DNA of 55,925 nucleotides, taken from Phoronis australis (taxonomy: Eukaryota; Animalia; Phoronida). The stretch is taken from NCBI GenBank assembly GCA_002633005.1, contig NMRA01000048.1, forward strand, positions 1,046,483-1,102,407, read 5' to 3'. A program made the translations under genes and the position numbers. Within the stretch, counting starts at the first letter, position 1; the number at the start of each line of letters is the position of its first letter. Below the pieces are notes generated by a model. The model worked only from the letters and a program-made list of their open reading frames with translations. It was not told the origin of the DNA and made no database searches. Shown piece by piece: positions 1 through 12,101 of the stretch.

Positions 1-1365
1 CAAAAAAACTAGTTGGTTGACAGTACTTTTGGACCACATTTTCTGAATCGGTAGGAAATTTGCTTTCAGACTCTAAGTTTGGTTTTAGTCGTGCATCGGC
101 AGGGAAGTGGTGTTTTTCGGGTGAAAAGTGCCGATTTTGCATTTTTTTGCCCTTATTTTTCTTAGTCTAGCTTGGTTGTCAGTGGGAATGAAATGGTCAA
201 AAATACAAGAAAGAATAAAGTTTCTGTGCTCATCTGCTGGGCTTTTTATGTGAAATAATTGAAAACATGCCATTCTTTGCATCCTGTTTTTGACAGAGTG
301 AAGAAAAGGTTACAAATCAAGTGATGTGTGTTTTGCTAGGCAAAACCCAGTGAGAACTGTTCTGTGCCTCCTTATGAACAAGATTTGAGATTATATAGGA
401 CCTTATGAACAAGTTTGTGTATTAAGCCAAATATTGATAAAACTCAGTAAAATTATGTATTTTCTGAAAGTGTAAAGACTGGAGAAGTTTATTTTTGACT
501 TTTTGACAGCTCTCCATCAATTGGCCACATAACCATCATATCTTTTTGTTAAAACTTCGCAGAAAAGAAAGGTACATACATATCAAAACAATGTTATCAA
601 TGACATGGCTAAATTTTATTTGAAATCTCAAAAGTGCAGTCACAGTTTTCGCAATAATCATTTCAATTTTATTTATGCAACTGAAGGTTTCTTTCCTGAA
701 AATCACAAAGTCCTATTTCTTCTTCCTCATGCAAAAGTAAAGCATTTTAAAAATCAATTCCTAAATAACATATAGTAGAACAATGCATTAAGCGCTGTAT
801 CAGGAAAGTTTCATATAAATACCATCAGCCCTTTCTGAGCTATGATGGTCCAAATTTGGACAATTTCTGTGGTCCTAAATAACCTTGTAATGGTTATTCA
901 TGGAAAAAAACTACCCAGTGTATTTAGAAGTAACTTTAAGTCATTGCTAATCAAGATTAACTGTAAAATATGCACTTCATAAATTTTCAAATATCTACCA
1001 CTATTGCTCACATTACAGTATGTGAACAGAACCTGTGACAGACTACAATTTATTAATTTACTTAATATATAAACAATTATATAATTTAGGAACAGCCTTA
1101 GCTACCAGCTTTAGGTAATGGCTTTCAGACGCCCACCAACAAGTTAAATGGTGATTGGTGATTGCGTATACTGAAATATGGTACACCTTCAGCTATAGCA
1201 AACACTAATATGATAATCAATTTCATCCTTCATAATTAGACTAACTGCCAAAACACCATAGTTACCACAGTTACAGCCTACTTTATGCCAGCTGTAACAA
1301 GCACAGGCAGGCAGAAGACAAACAGATATAAATGTGTAAATACAATTGGCCGAGACAGGATAAGT

Positions 1366-2680
1366 AACAAGAGCAACGTAGAGCATTGAAATGCGCCCAC
1401 GAATGCACTGCAAATGGTGTGCTTCTAGGGTGTTTATTTGTATCATAAAAATGGCCACTAGATAGTGCAAAATGTTTCGAATCCATCAAAAACCTGGAAA
1501 ATGTCATATTTTTTAACAGAAACCTATTTACCACATTTCATGAAAATCCGCCAAGAAACTTTAGCAAAACAGAAAAAGTGAAATTGCCACGAGGGGACAA
1601 AGGTTCGTCGGATCCATCTGAAAGTTGTCTTCCGTTGTCAACGTCATATAAATACACTGGCTAAATTTAATGAACATTCTGTAGAGGGCTTAGGAGATAC
1701 AGCTAAGGGTGCAAAAACTGCCACTAGGAGGCGCCACAGTAATTGAAGCCAGAAAATCATCGTCAACCATCCTCCTCACACTAACAATATATAATCCAAT
1801 TTTTACAATCATCCAAAGAGTGGTTCGGTTGACAGAGGGTAGGCGGCAAAAACAGACTAGAAAACAGTGAAAATGGCCACTAGACAGCGCCAATCACGTC
1901 AAATCCATCTGAAAACCGGAAAATGTCATCTTTCCTTTAAAAGAAAGATATTTAAGAAAATTCATGAAAATTCATGAAAATTCGTTGAGGAACTTCAGAG
2001 AAACAGAGGAAAACAGAAAAAAATGAAATTGCCACTAGGGGGGCAGTGTTAGTCGAACCTGTCTGAAAATCATCATCTTCTGTTGTTAACTTCATATCAA
2101 CACATTTGCTACATTTAATAAAGATCCTGTAGAGCGTTTAGGAGATACAGCCATGGGCACAAAAACAAACAAAACTGCCACTAAGAGGCGTCACAGTAGT
2201 TGAAGTCGTCGAAAAATCATTGTCAATCGCCCTCTTCATAGTAAGAACATACATGCCAATTTTCACGATCATCCTTAGAGTGGTTCAGTTGATGGAGGGA
2301 CGGACGCCAAAAAAACGGACTCCAAAATAGCAAAAATGACCACTAGATGGCACAAAATGCCTCGAATCCATCCGAAAACGGGAGGATAGCGTCATCTCAC
2401 TAATAGATGCCTATGTGCCAAATTTCATGAAAATCGGTAGGGCACCTTTGAAGATACAGAGGCAAACGTAAAAAACTAAAATTGCCACAAGGGGGCACAA
2501 CCGTATTCGGGTCGGTCCAAAACTCTTCACCCTTTGTCATCAACCCCATAGGAAAACACCTGCCAAATTTCAATAAGATCCTGAAAGGGGTTGAGGAGAT
2601 TCAGCCGCAGATGCCGGACGCCCAGACAGAGGTGACGGCAATTTGCACCCACATATTCCGAATATGTGGGCGCATAAAAA
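1366..2680 (+). mobile_element. Non-autonomous Helentron/DINE-1(HINE)-like element with three internal ~420-460 bp degenerate repeats
   Basis: Starts aacaagagc; ends with hairpin cccacatattc-c-gaatatgtggg then ataaaaa; recurrent aaatttcatgaaaat, ggagatacag and gccactag motifs. Confidence 0.55.
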
Positions 2681-5615
2681 TCAAAATGAAATGTGGTACA
2701 CACCCATACTAAAGCAGCATGGAAGTCATAAAGCCACTAGTTTTCAAGAATGTATGCAGCTCTTCATCAGGTGAGTAAAGAGAGAGTAACTACAACGACA
2801 TACGCAAATGGAATAAAAGGGACACGAGAACTGAAAATAAAGGGTTAGGAAGGAATGGAAATCATGTCCACTTCAGTCTTCTCTACACTTCAATCTCCCT
2901 AACCACACTATGGAGGACCTAAGGTTATGTGGACCAGTCCAAACTTGGCTAATTTTGGAACACCATGTCTCTGAAACTGACAATCAGATTCATGCAAAAC
3001 CTTCAAGTACTATGTTTCATGCATTGCTCTCCAAATCATTGTTAGCAATTATTTTCCAATTTTTCCACTTTTGCATGAGGAGCTGTCAAAATATAACTTT
3101 TATGAGATTTTCATGAAAAACTCAAGTCACAAAAAACAAAAACGAATTTCCCTATATTTTTTTTTGTTTTTGCCTCTCTTATACCTTTTGAGCATGTTAG
3201 TCTGTGGTCACCACTGTCTCTTTATTCAAGTGATGAAGACCTGTAGCCAGGCTAGAAACCTAGTGATTTTATGTGTTCTCTAATGTTGGAGAATACAGGA
3301 GCATTTTATACCCCATTTCATTTTCGACTTTAATATGTTTCATACACAAATTGACCGGCTAGTACACAAATAGTAGTACCGATGCCAATTCTGTATATTT
3401 TACCCAACCACACCTATGCGGTGATTGTACAAGAGCAAACACCTCATTCTGTTGTGCCAGAAAAACATAACCGTATATAAATATAACCGTATATTATATT
3501 TAAAAGGCGATGCTGACCAAAATCACTTCAACAAGATCATACATTTGAAAGGTAAATCAGCCGCACAAACTTTGTCAGGTACACGTTACATGCTAGTAAA
3601 TTATCACTCCAATGCAACAAAACAGCAAAAATATTCCAACTACGAATACTTATGGTTATTCTTCACAGCAACTGCTTTTTTAATGTTTCAAAGATTTTCT
3701 AAGTTTTTATGATTGCCACAACTTCCAAACACTTTGTCCATTGGTAGCTATGAAAAAGAGCTTTATAATTAAGAAAGTCTTTGGCACTGCAAACAACATT
3801 TTACCACAAAATAAAATGAAAGAAAAATTCAAATGTCCACCATGTCTGAATTGCTCAGTTTTCACAGTATTAATTGTATCATTTGCAATGGGAATGAAAA
3901 TGGGGCCAAGGACCTTGAAGATTATAAGACCCAGAGTAACATTGAAGAGGTAATGTTTATCTTTAAATGAATCATAATAACAAGATTGATCAAGCTCTAC
4001 ACGTATTTTGATGTTTACAACAAAATTGACAACCATTGCAGTAGGCAAAGAATGAACCATAAACAATATGACCCACTCCAGCTTGAAAAGAAAAACAGCA
4101 GAATTAATCCAAACATTTCTTAAAAATATTTTTCAACATACTAGTCAACAACACAACAAAATTTGTTGTCCTATTAAATAAACTATTACTCTTCAGTCAA
4201 TAGTGTTTGACAACATAAGTTTGCATCCAAAATAAAAGCGATAATTTTGACTATCTAAAGCCTATCTTCAACAGTAACAACCGTAAATTTGGTTTCTACA
4301 GTATGTTAAGAGCAACGCTCTGAGTCCACTAGTGACATAAATCGGCAAATGTAACGAACTGTTAGGCATACTGGCTTGCTTTTGTCTACGTCTCCGTGAG
4401 AATCACCTTTTAATTCAAACAGGGGCGAATAATACATGCACGCAATGGTGCTCTATTCAGACCCCTATTCAATACAACCTTTTGTTGTTTGTGCCCAGGG
4501 ATCTCGTGGTGACACAACATGGCACGAAAAGGCAGCTTCAACTATCATTTGACTGGAGTACATTTGCATGATTGAATTCTTATTTTACTAAGGCTTTGCT
4601 ACGACTATCTGGTTAGCCCAAAACATCTCAAATAACAAAATTACGATGGAGTTAGGCTTTAATGGTATTTTCCATCACCTTTTTATAGGGAGATAAACAT
4701 CGCCAGAAAAAGTGAATGCCCACATTGTAGAACCAAAATGACAACGAGATAAGAAGTGTTTATTTTTCCAAACTCTTCCATGCAACACTAGTGAACTTGA
4801 GGTAATAATTTCTGCAAATGAAGTCCTGGTAGATTTTGAGATTGTTGTAACAAAACCACTAGGGGGCACTGCAGCAGGATGATGAAACCAATAATCAGTT
4901 ATGCTTATCTTGAAAAGAAATTCATTTGCCACGATGATTCTAGAGGGAGTTTGGAAGATAGAAGAAGTGAGTAGTAAACTAATAAAGTTACCACATAAAC
5001 CTGCATTTTGTTCTGTTTAACTGACTAAAAAGCAATAAATGAATTTTTCTTGCAGAATCGACCTCACAATATTCCACACTGTGATAGAAACCTATTGTTG
5101 TTATCAACACCAACATTGAAAAAAATCAGTGACTCAAAAACACCATTGTTGTTGATAATGACAATAGAATGTTATGATGGTAAGGAATATTACAAAATTG
5201 AATTGATGAAAGTAAAAGACCTAACTTTTACCCAGCTAAACAGGGCGTAATGCTGCTTGAAAAGGAAACAGCAAAAGTCTGGACTGTCCAAAAATGGACA
5301 ACTGCGTCTCACTTTAAAATAAAACCTATCTACCAAAGTCCTTCATCAAACTTGGTAAATTACGGTAAACAAATGCCAAACACTAAAACTGACTCTAGGG
5401 GGTGTGCCAGCAGTCCAAATTTTGAAAACCGACGCCACACAAGTTTTAGTAAATAGAATCACATGCGTCAAATTTCGTTGTGAATCTTAAAACCGTTTGG
5501 CAGGATGAAAGATGCATGCCAAAAATGGAACCAAAGCACAAAGCGGTGCAAATCATGCCAGAGCATTGTGAAAATGAATGGGTACGGTTCATCTTCTTTA
5601 TTGTAACTCACACGA

Positions 5616-6287
5616 CTAAGTGCCTCCCAACTGTTCTAAGTCTAGGTGTACATAACTGTTCTTTTGTCTCTTCCATCTCCGGTATAAAACATAACCAACC
5701 ATCAGTGAAAGCAGCATAAGAAAGCAGCCAATCACAACACCAATAACTGCGGCTGTATCCAATGGCGTAGACTGGCACACTTTAGTAGGGTTAGTGGTGG
5801 TTGATTTGCTCCTTGCAACTGATGGTGACGTACCATTTGATGGTGTTGAGGATGACTGTGTACTCATGGTTGAATATGGCACTGTGTCATTCACGTCAGT
5901 CTGGTTTGCAGGGGAAGTTGAAGTTGTGACAATGGCGACAGTCTGGTTTGTAGATGAAGTTGGCGTTGTGGCAGTGACAACTGTCTGTTTTGCAGAAACA
6001 GATGGCACTGTGGCAGTCGTGGCTGACTGGTTCGCACGTGAATTTGATGTCGCGACAGTAGTAACTGTCTCATTCGTATTAGAAGTAGAAGACGGTGTTG
6101 TGGCGGTAACACTGACAGTAGAAGCTTGCAGAGCAGTCACGGATGTACTAGCACTGTTGTCATTGCTTATCATGGAATTATTCAGTGACAATGTACCAAC
6201 TGATGGTGGTGCCATCCATGTTGAAACAACACAGTTGAAAAGCAAAATGAGGACCACTTTAATCACACGCTCTTCAAGTCCAGCCAT
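5616..6287 (-). CDS. Mucin-like type I membrane glycoprotein (223 aa)
   Basis: Signal-like N-terminal hydrophobic stretch; Ser/Thr-rich ectodomain with NxS/T sequons (NNS, NET, NQS, NQT, NDT, NGT); TM AAVIGVVIGCFLMLLSLMVGYVLY; RRWKRQK stop-transfer; cytoplasmic YVHL. Confidence 0.8.
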   Translation of the reverse strand: MAGLEERVIKVVLILLFNCVVSTWMAPPSVGTLSLNNSMISNDNSASTSVTALQASTVSVTATTPSSTSNTNETVTTVATSNSRANQSATTATVPSVSAKQTVVTATTPTSSTNQTVAIVTTSTSPANQTDVNDTVPYSTMSTQSSSTPSNGTSPSVARSKSTTTNPTKVCQSTPLDTAAVIGVVIGCFLMLLSLMVGYVLYRRWKRQKNSYVHLDLEQLGGT

Positions 6288-7399
6288 TCTACCTGAAGCC
6301 TTTGAACAGCAAGGGACAGCTAAAATCCAGGTAAATTAATGTTCAAAACATGAACAATTAAAGCACAACTGTCCCCTCTTCCATCAATCCATGCAATGAA
6401 GACTGCTGGTGTCTGCTTACAAATGTGACTACAAGCAGCAATGACCCCAATTTTCTCTCCTTATGCACAAAATGATACCAGGTGACAGTTTACAATTGTT
6501 TAAAATATCAACAGGTGGTCACGGTCTAGTTGCGTCAACAACACCTGAGTATAGCCATGTATCAAAGGCAAACACAATTGTTTTGAAATATGCACACAAG
6601 GAAGTCATGAGGGGAAGTCTTAAAAAATGATAATGACCCTGACATATTACTGTGTCTACATGGTGTTTCACATCACTACTATAACTTTTCACTTATTTTG
6701 ACCCAGACATATTCCTGTGTCTACATGGTGTTTCACAACGCTACAACAACTTTTCACTTATTTTGACCCTGACATATTACTGTGTCTACATGGTATTTCA
6801 AATCGCTACTATAACTTATTTTGCACCGAGTTGCCAAATTTTTCTAATACTAAACTGACATTAGTGGCGAAAACACTTGTAGTTTTACAGACTAAAACGC
6901 TTGTGGAAACGCTAAGCATTTTAGTTACTATAGATAGACGAGCGCAAGCTGTCTACGATGGTTTAATTTTCACCAGCAGTTAGTTTCCTCACCATCTGAG
7001 TCACTTTTAAGCAAAAATATGTTACCTCTTCGCCATAAATTGATTGATGTGGCGATAAAACAAAGGCTTTGAAATAAGCAGGCTAGCGTGGGGTAAGTCA
7101 AACTTCCAACAAAAAGCCAGCAAATGTGCCCTAACAACAATTCACACCACTAGCATTTTTGCAGCAAGCGAAAATGCTCGTGTTTCAGCCAAACATGTGA
7201 ACCACAATAAATCTCCAGAACTGACAACCTAGACACAAATAATCAGAATAGTCACGTACAGGGGTTCCGCATTTTGAGAACCTGTTTTCTCCACAGAATT
7301 ACTGGGTTCAAATTGGGTTTTCAAAACGCTGACCCCTGAAAGTACCTTGCGGGAAATTCTAAGTGTTTTTTAAGACAGCAGTAGAATATAGTATGTTAC

Positions 7400-8160
7400 A
7401 GTGTACGCTAATAACCAAGTGCAAATGACTGACTCTTCTCAACAGAGCCACGAACTATGTTAGAAGACCTGAAGACCGGCAGGCTGAGATTAAACACATC
7501 AGATCAGCACTCAAAGCCATCCAGTACCAGGAGTGGGCACTCAAACCCCCCAACGTCGACCTAGGGAGGACCCCCTGGTGACCAAGAAGAGAGATCACCT
7601 CCAGTCTCTATTCCTTACATGAAGGGGCTTTCAGAACATCTACGCTGAGCATACAAGTCTTACAGCATCAATTCCTATATGAAACCCATCAACACACTCC
7701 AAAGACCCCACCCCACTTGATCGCCAATGCTGTGTGATAAATCAACTGTCATGCACTGAAGACCCGTCTCATACTTACATCGGCGAGACCAAGCGATCCC
7801 TGGGCACCAGAATCAAGGAACACAATAATCTGGACAAGCCCACTGGTGTGGGAGAACATCTCGAAATCCCCGGCCACAATGTATGTGACAAACATGCCAA
7901 GATACTGGCCAAAGAGGAAAACTGGTCTAGAAAGACCAAAGAGGCAATATACATAAAAACCCAAAAGTCTACCATGAACCGAGACCAAGGTTTGCAACCC
8001 CCGCCGATGTACGTTACTATACTACTTCTGGGTAACAGAAGGGCCGGAAACCAGGACGCCCCTCTACCAGTCGTTGAAAAAGAACTGTAAAGCACAGTTT
8101 GAAACGTTCGAACCTCCAATTTCATGGTCTACGATTAACTTGATTTTATCTACGAACATC
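7400..8160 (+). mobile_element. Decayed Penelope-like retroelement 3' part (GIY-YIG endonuclease)
   Basis: TYIGETKRSLGTRIKEH...KILAKEENW...KEAIYIK...MNRDQG; frameshifted RT C-terminus-like sequence upstream. Confidence 0.8.
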
Positions 8161-8369
8161 TACAGGAATGTTTAAAGAACATTCAAATTGGATGTTCCAG
8201 TGACCTCTATCATAATCTTGAGGCTGGAAGAAAGTGTATTTCTCCAATTAGGTCGGAGTTGTCAAACTGGCCACCGATATGCTCTATGCCCGTTCATTAT
8301 ACTGCATTTCTTGTAAAAAGTAAGAGAAAGGCCTGATAAGAGCAGACGTTAATGGAACCAAACAGAGGT

Positions 8370-8730
8370 CCCATCCCATACATACATAATAGAAACTAAG
8401 TGTTCTCTGAGGAATAGAATTAGGGAATAATACTCCACGCTGGACAAACCCACTGGAATCGGTGAACACACCCCCCAACATTGGCCAAATTGTGGACAGG
8501 GACACTACCCAAGTTTTAGCCAAAGAGAAACATTGAAAGAAGCCATCTTTATAAGGAACAGACAGCCCACCATGAACCGAGACCAAGATCTACAGCTTCC
8601 CCAGGTAAATGACCCTATTCTAGATATGGGTCAACAAAGCGCGGGTAATTCAAAAAGACCCTTAGATGAGCGTGGAAACATCCAAGTCATCAACTACAAC
8701 AAGTTCATAGTAAGTGAATCTTTACCTGCT
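8370..8730 (+). mobile_element. Second, more decayed Penelope-like GIY-YIG fragment
   Basis: KEAIFIRNRQPTMNRDQD; ctggacaaacccactgga shared with the copy at ~7830. Confidence 0.7.
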
Positions 8731-11082
8731 TAACAAAGGCTTGTTAATGGAAAGGCCACTTCAAAATATAAAGTACACTGTAAATAGTGCTGCCCATTCA
8801 CGAAGTGGTTTAATAAAGGAAGGGAACGAATATGATGTGCAGAGAACAAAGTGAAATATGTTTTGGTAGTTGTCTTGTTTACCTTTCATGTTTTTATTTT
8901 CAAAAATTTTAAAATTCTTAAATTATTAGGTCACTATTGACACACATGTATGGATTTATTTTTATATTTTTATGTATTAGCCTGGATCCTGTTGGAAATC
9001 AGTGTAATCCAGTATATTTACCATTGCTTGTGTTGCTGCAATATACAACTATATAGTATGGACAAATTAATAGACTGTCTATTATACAGTAGGCAAAGTA
9101 CATAGAATAATTATCATCCCACACTACCAAATGTGGTCAAGTGCTGTCACCACATTATTACCACTGGCCAGCAAATCACAAACAGCTCATCACAGCAGCT
9201 CATTAACGTCTCTAATAACCAGCTGATCACTTGACATCTCTAATAACCAGTTGACAACAAGTGCAGTAATAATAACATGTAAAACATGCAAAACACGCAC
9301 AGTAACATCTTATCAATATCCATACAATATTGACTTTTCATCTCCTAAGGGACTCCAACATCTTAGGGCCTCCAACATTGTTGTAAAATCTCAAGTTTTC
9401 AACATTGTCTACAGCACAAAACTTGAACATGGTAAAGCTTTATTTGATGCTATTTGGCAATACAGTGACCATCTTAAAAACAAACAATATGACAATGTTT
9501 TAGTTCCAATTGGTGGAAACTTTACCGGACATAAACATCAAGCACAAATCTAACATTTGAGGGTCAGCGGGCTCTAGCATGAATAAAACTAAGTTATTCT
9601 AACTTAATAGAATTTCTACAAATAATATTCAAAGAGTATCCTAAAATCCCCTCCGTGCAATCAATAATTGTTTGCAAACAAGCACGAGTAATGCTCTCAA
9701 AACAGGCGTACTAACAATAAACTGGCAACACTAAGCTGCCTGTTACAGACCAAGTGTTTCAATACTCATGAGAGTCATGGTAATGATAGGCATGGTAATG
9801 AGCCGTGAAACGTTAAGGCAACAGCCACAATTATCAACAAGAGNTTTCTAAAAATGTCGACAGGAGACTGCTCTTCTTGGGAACAGGGTCACCCCAATAC
9901 ATACTTTGAACGCTTTTCACATGCATGTAATTATAGATAATCCGAAGTAACCAAGCAGAATATCAACTTCTTGAAAGCAATATTACAAAACTGTTAGCTA
10001 ATTACACAGCTATGTGCACGTCTGAACCCACTCAAATGTAAATGACATCATGACAGCTACGTGCACGTCTGAAGCCACTCAAATGACAACATGACGACAG
10101 GCTAATGATGCTCTAGTCACATTTCAATGTCAGAAGGATGATTTCACTCAGTTTTGTTTCACACTACAAACAACGGAAATTCATGCAATCTCATACAAGG
10201 AACATCACCTCGAATGTCACGGAATCAACGAGTGCTTTATTTCGATTTTGAAAACACCCTGGTTATAGATAAAAGTGCATGCATCTAAGTGAACAATCTT
10301 CTGCCAAATATTTGACGGAACTATAACCCTGGCCTGGACTGAACTCTCCTCTTTTGTGAAGAAAGAAAAATGCATTGCATGACTAACCTGCTTTTCAAAA
10401 TGTCTGACGCTCCTGAGTTCATTAACAAGCAATGAACACCAGATGGCATATCCAACACTGATATTATTTTGTCTTTTTCCCAAATTCTTATTGTTAGCAT
10501 TGCAGCTTTTATAATTCAATAACACAAGTTTACCTTCATCACAACAAATTACATAATAATTATGAAACTAGCACATTTGCACGTGGAAAAGCAGGACAGG
10601 TGCTCGACACGTGTTGCATTGTGGGTAAATACTTAGGAAAGAAAGCAATGCTGTGCTACTTCAGAACGGTCACATGTCAAATTGTGAATCCAACTAAAAA
10701 CGTAACAATCACAGTTCATAAGCCATCTTTAAACAACATGTAACAAGCACTATCAGGTATAATTATGATCATCTCTAATTAATTAAAGTTTCACATTCCA
10801 TTTCAAAAATGTGCGACTATTTCAAATCACAGCTTGAACTGGAGGACTTCCATTTTTGAGATCATTAGAGAAAGCTCAGCAACTTACGAGCATGAGGAAC
10901 TGCAAGGGTGCGTGTTAATTCATAAACTACGATCTTTGAAAATCTCTACTGACGAGAAAACATTCCCACCTACACATCTGGGTTATCAAAGTAAACGTGA
11001 CAGCAAATAATCTGTGACCAACTAACACATGGTGGGATGGGGAAATGCAAGTAACACTATGGGCACAGCATCCGCAACATTC

Positions 11083-11250
11083 CTGTCACTCGTGTATATT
11101 GGTGACAGGTTACCAAGTGAAGGCCAAACAACCTCCAACTGTCACTGGTGTATATTGGTGACACGTTACCAAGTGAAGGCCAAACAACCTCCAACTGTCA
11201 CTGGTGTATATTGGTAACACGTTACCAAGGGAAGGCCAAACAACCTCCAA
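11083..11250. repeat. Minisatellite, 56 bp x3
   Basis: ctgtcactggtgtatattggtgac...acctccaa repeated. Confidence 0.9.
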
Positions 11251-11981
11251 ACCAATCATTAAAATACTACTTCCCCCTGCTCATCAGTGTCAATCTGATA
11301 TCACAAAATGTTGACATTTATTACGAGCAAGTTATTATTTCAACTGGCAATTATTTTTTCAAATGGTTTTCGATGTTGTGAGTTTCTCATTAATTCGTGA
11401 TTCAACCTCAGTCAAAGTTTACTGCAAAACTGGTTGAAACTGCAATAATAACATATTTATTTAATAAACTTCAGACAGCATAAGGGTCATCAATCACCTC
11501 TAGTAAGGGCATTTTCATCAAACTCTTTAAAACAAGAGAAATTTGTCGCATGATGAATGATGTCACAAGCAGACTAGGGAGTTGGCAGGTAGTGGGCGAC
11601 TGTAGAACTGTCGCAATGCATTCATCTAAACGCTGTGTTGACAGGATTCGAGTTCTTCATAATCTTCACATTTGCTGTCGCAATCTCTTAATTGCGGAAA
11701 TTGTGCAATCATCTGAAAGGTTCTTACTCCCACAATCTTATTCACCTTTTTGTTGGCTAGTGTCGCACAATTATGTAGAGTTCTTTTAGCAAGCCTGCTT
11801 CGTAGCAACAACACATATTAAGAAAACTTCATTTAAAAATCTAAACAAATTTCATCAATAAGCATCATCTTAATAAATGACAAATCGTGAATATTTGGCA
11901 AGACAAACTACAAAGGTTGCGTCAATAGGAAAAGGCGGAGTCTAAGGAAAATGTCACTTGTTTTTCAGACAGATGACTTAC

Positions 11982-12101
11982 CTTTCTCTGAGGCAACACC
12001 TTAAGAACTTCAGCGCGATACCAGAAGTTGTCCTCTGTGTACTTAGCGACACATATCTGTCCCACGATAGGGTTAGAGATAAATTCTTGAGCAGACGTTT
12101 T
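11982..12101 (-). CDS. TDRD7: Tdrd7 exon: Tudor C core (GQICVAKYTEDNFWYRAEV); last exon found in the window
   Basis: tattttcag acceptor, AAG|gtaagt donor; canonical Tudor core. Confidence 0.9.

Noticed and set aside
1-1000. Possible DNA-transposon end
   Set aside because: Repeat-like in texture, but no terminus or family could be supported
5794-6339. 181-aa Val-rich ORF on +
   Set aside because: Antisense shadow of the Thr-rich mucin ORF
10217-10525. Candidate continuation exon for Tudor C
   Set aside because: No V.FxDYG motif, and the phase-0 frame after the nearest AG stops quickly
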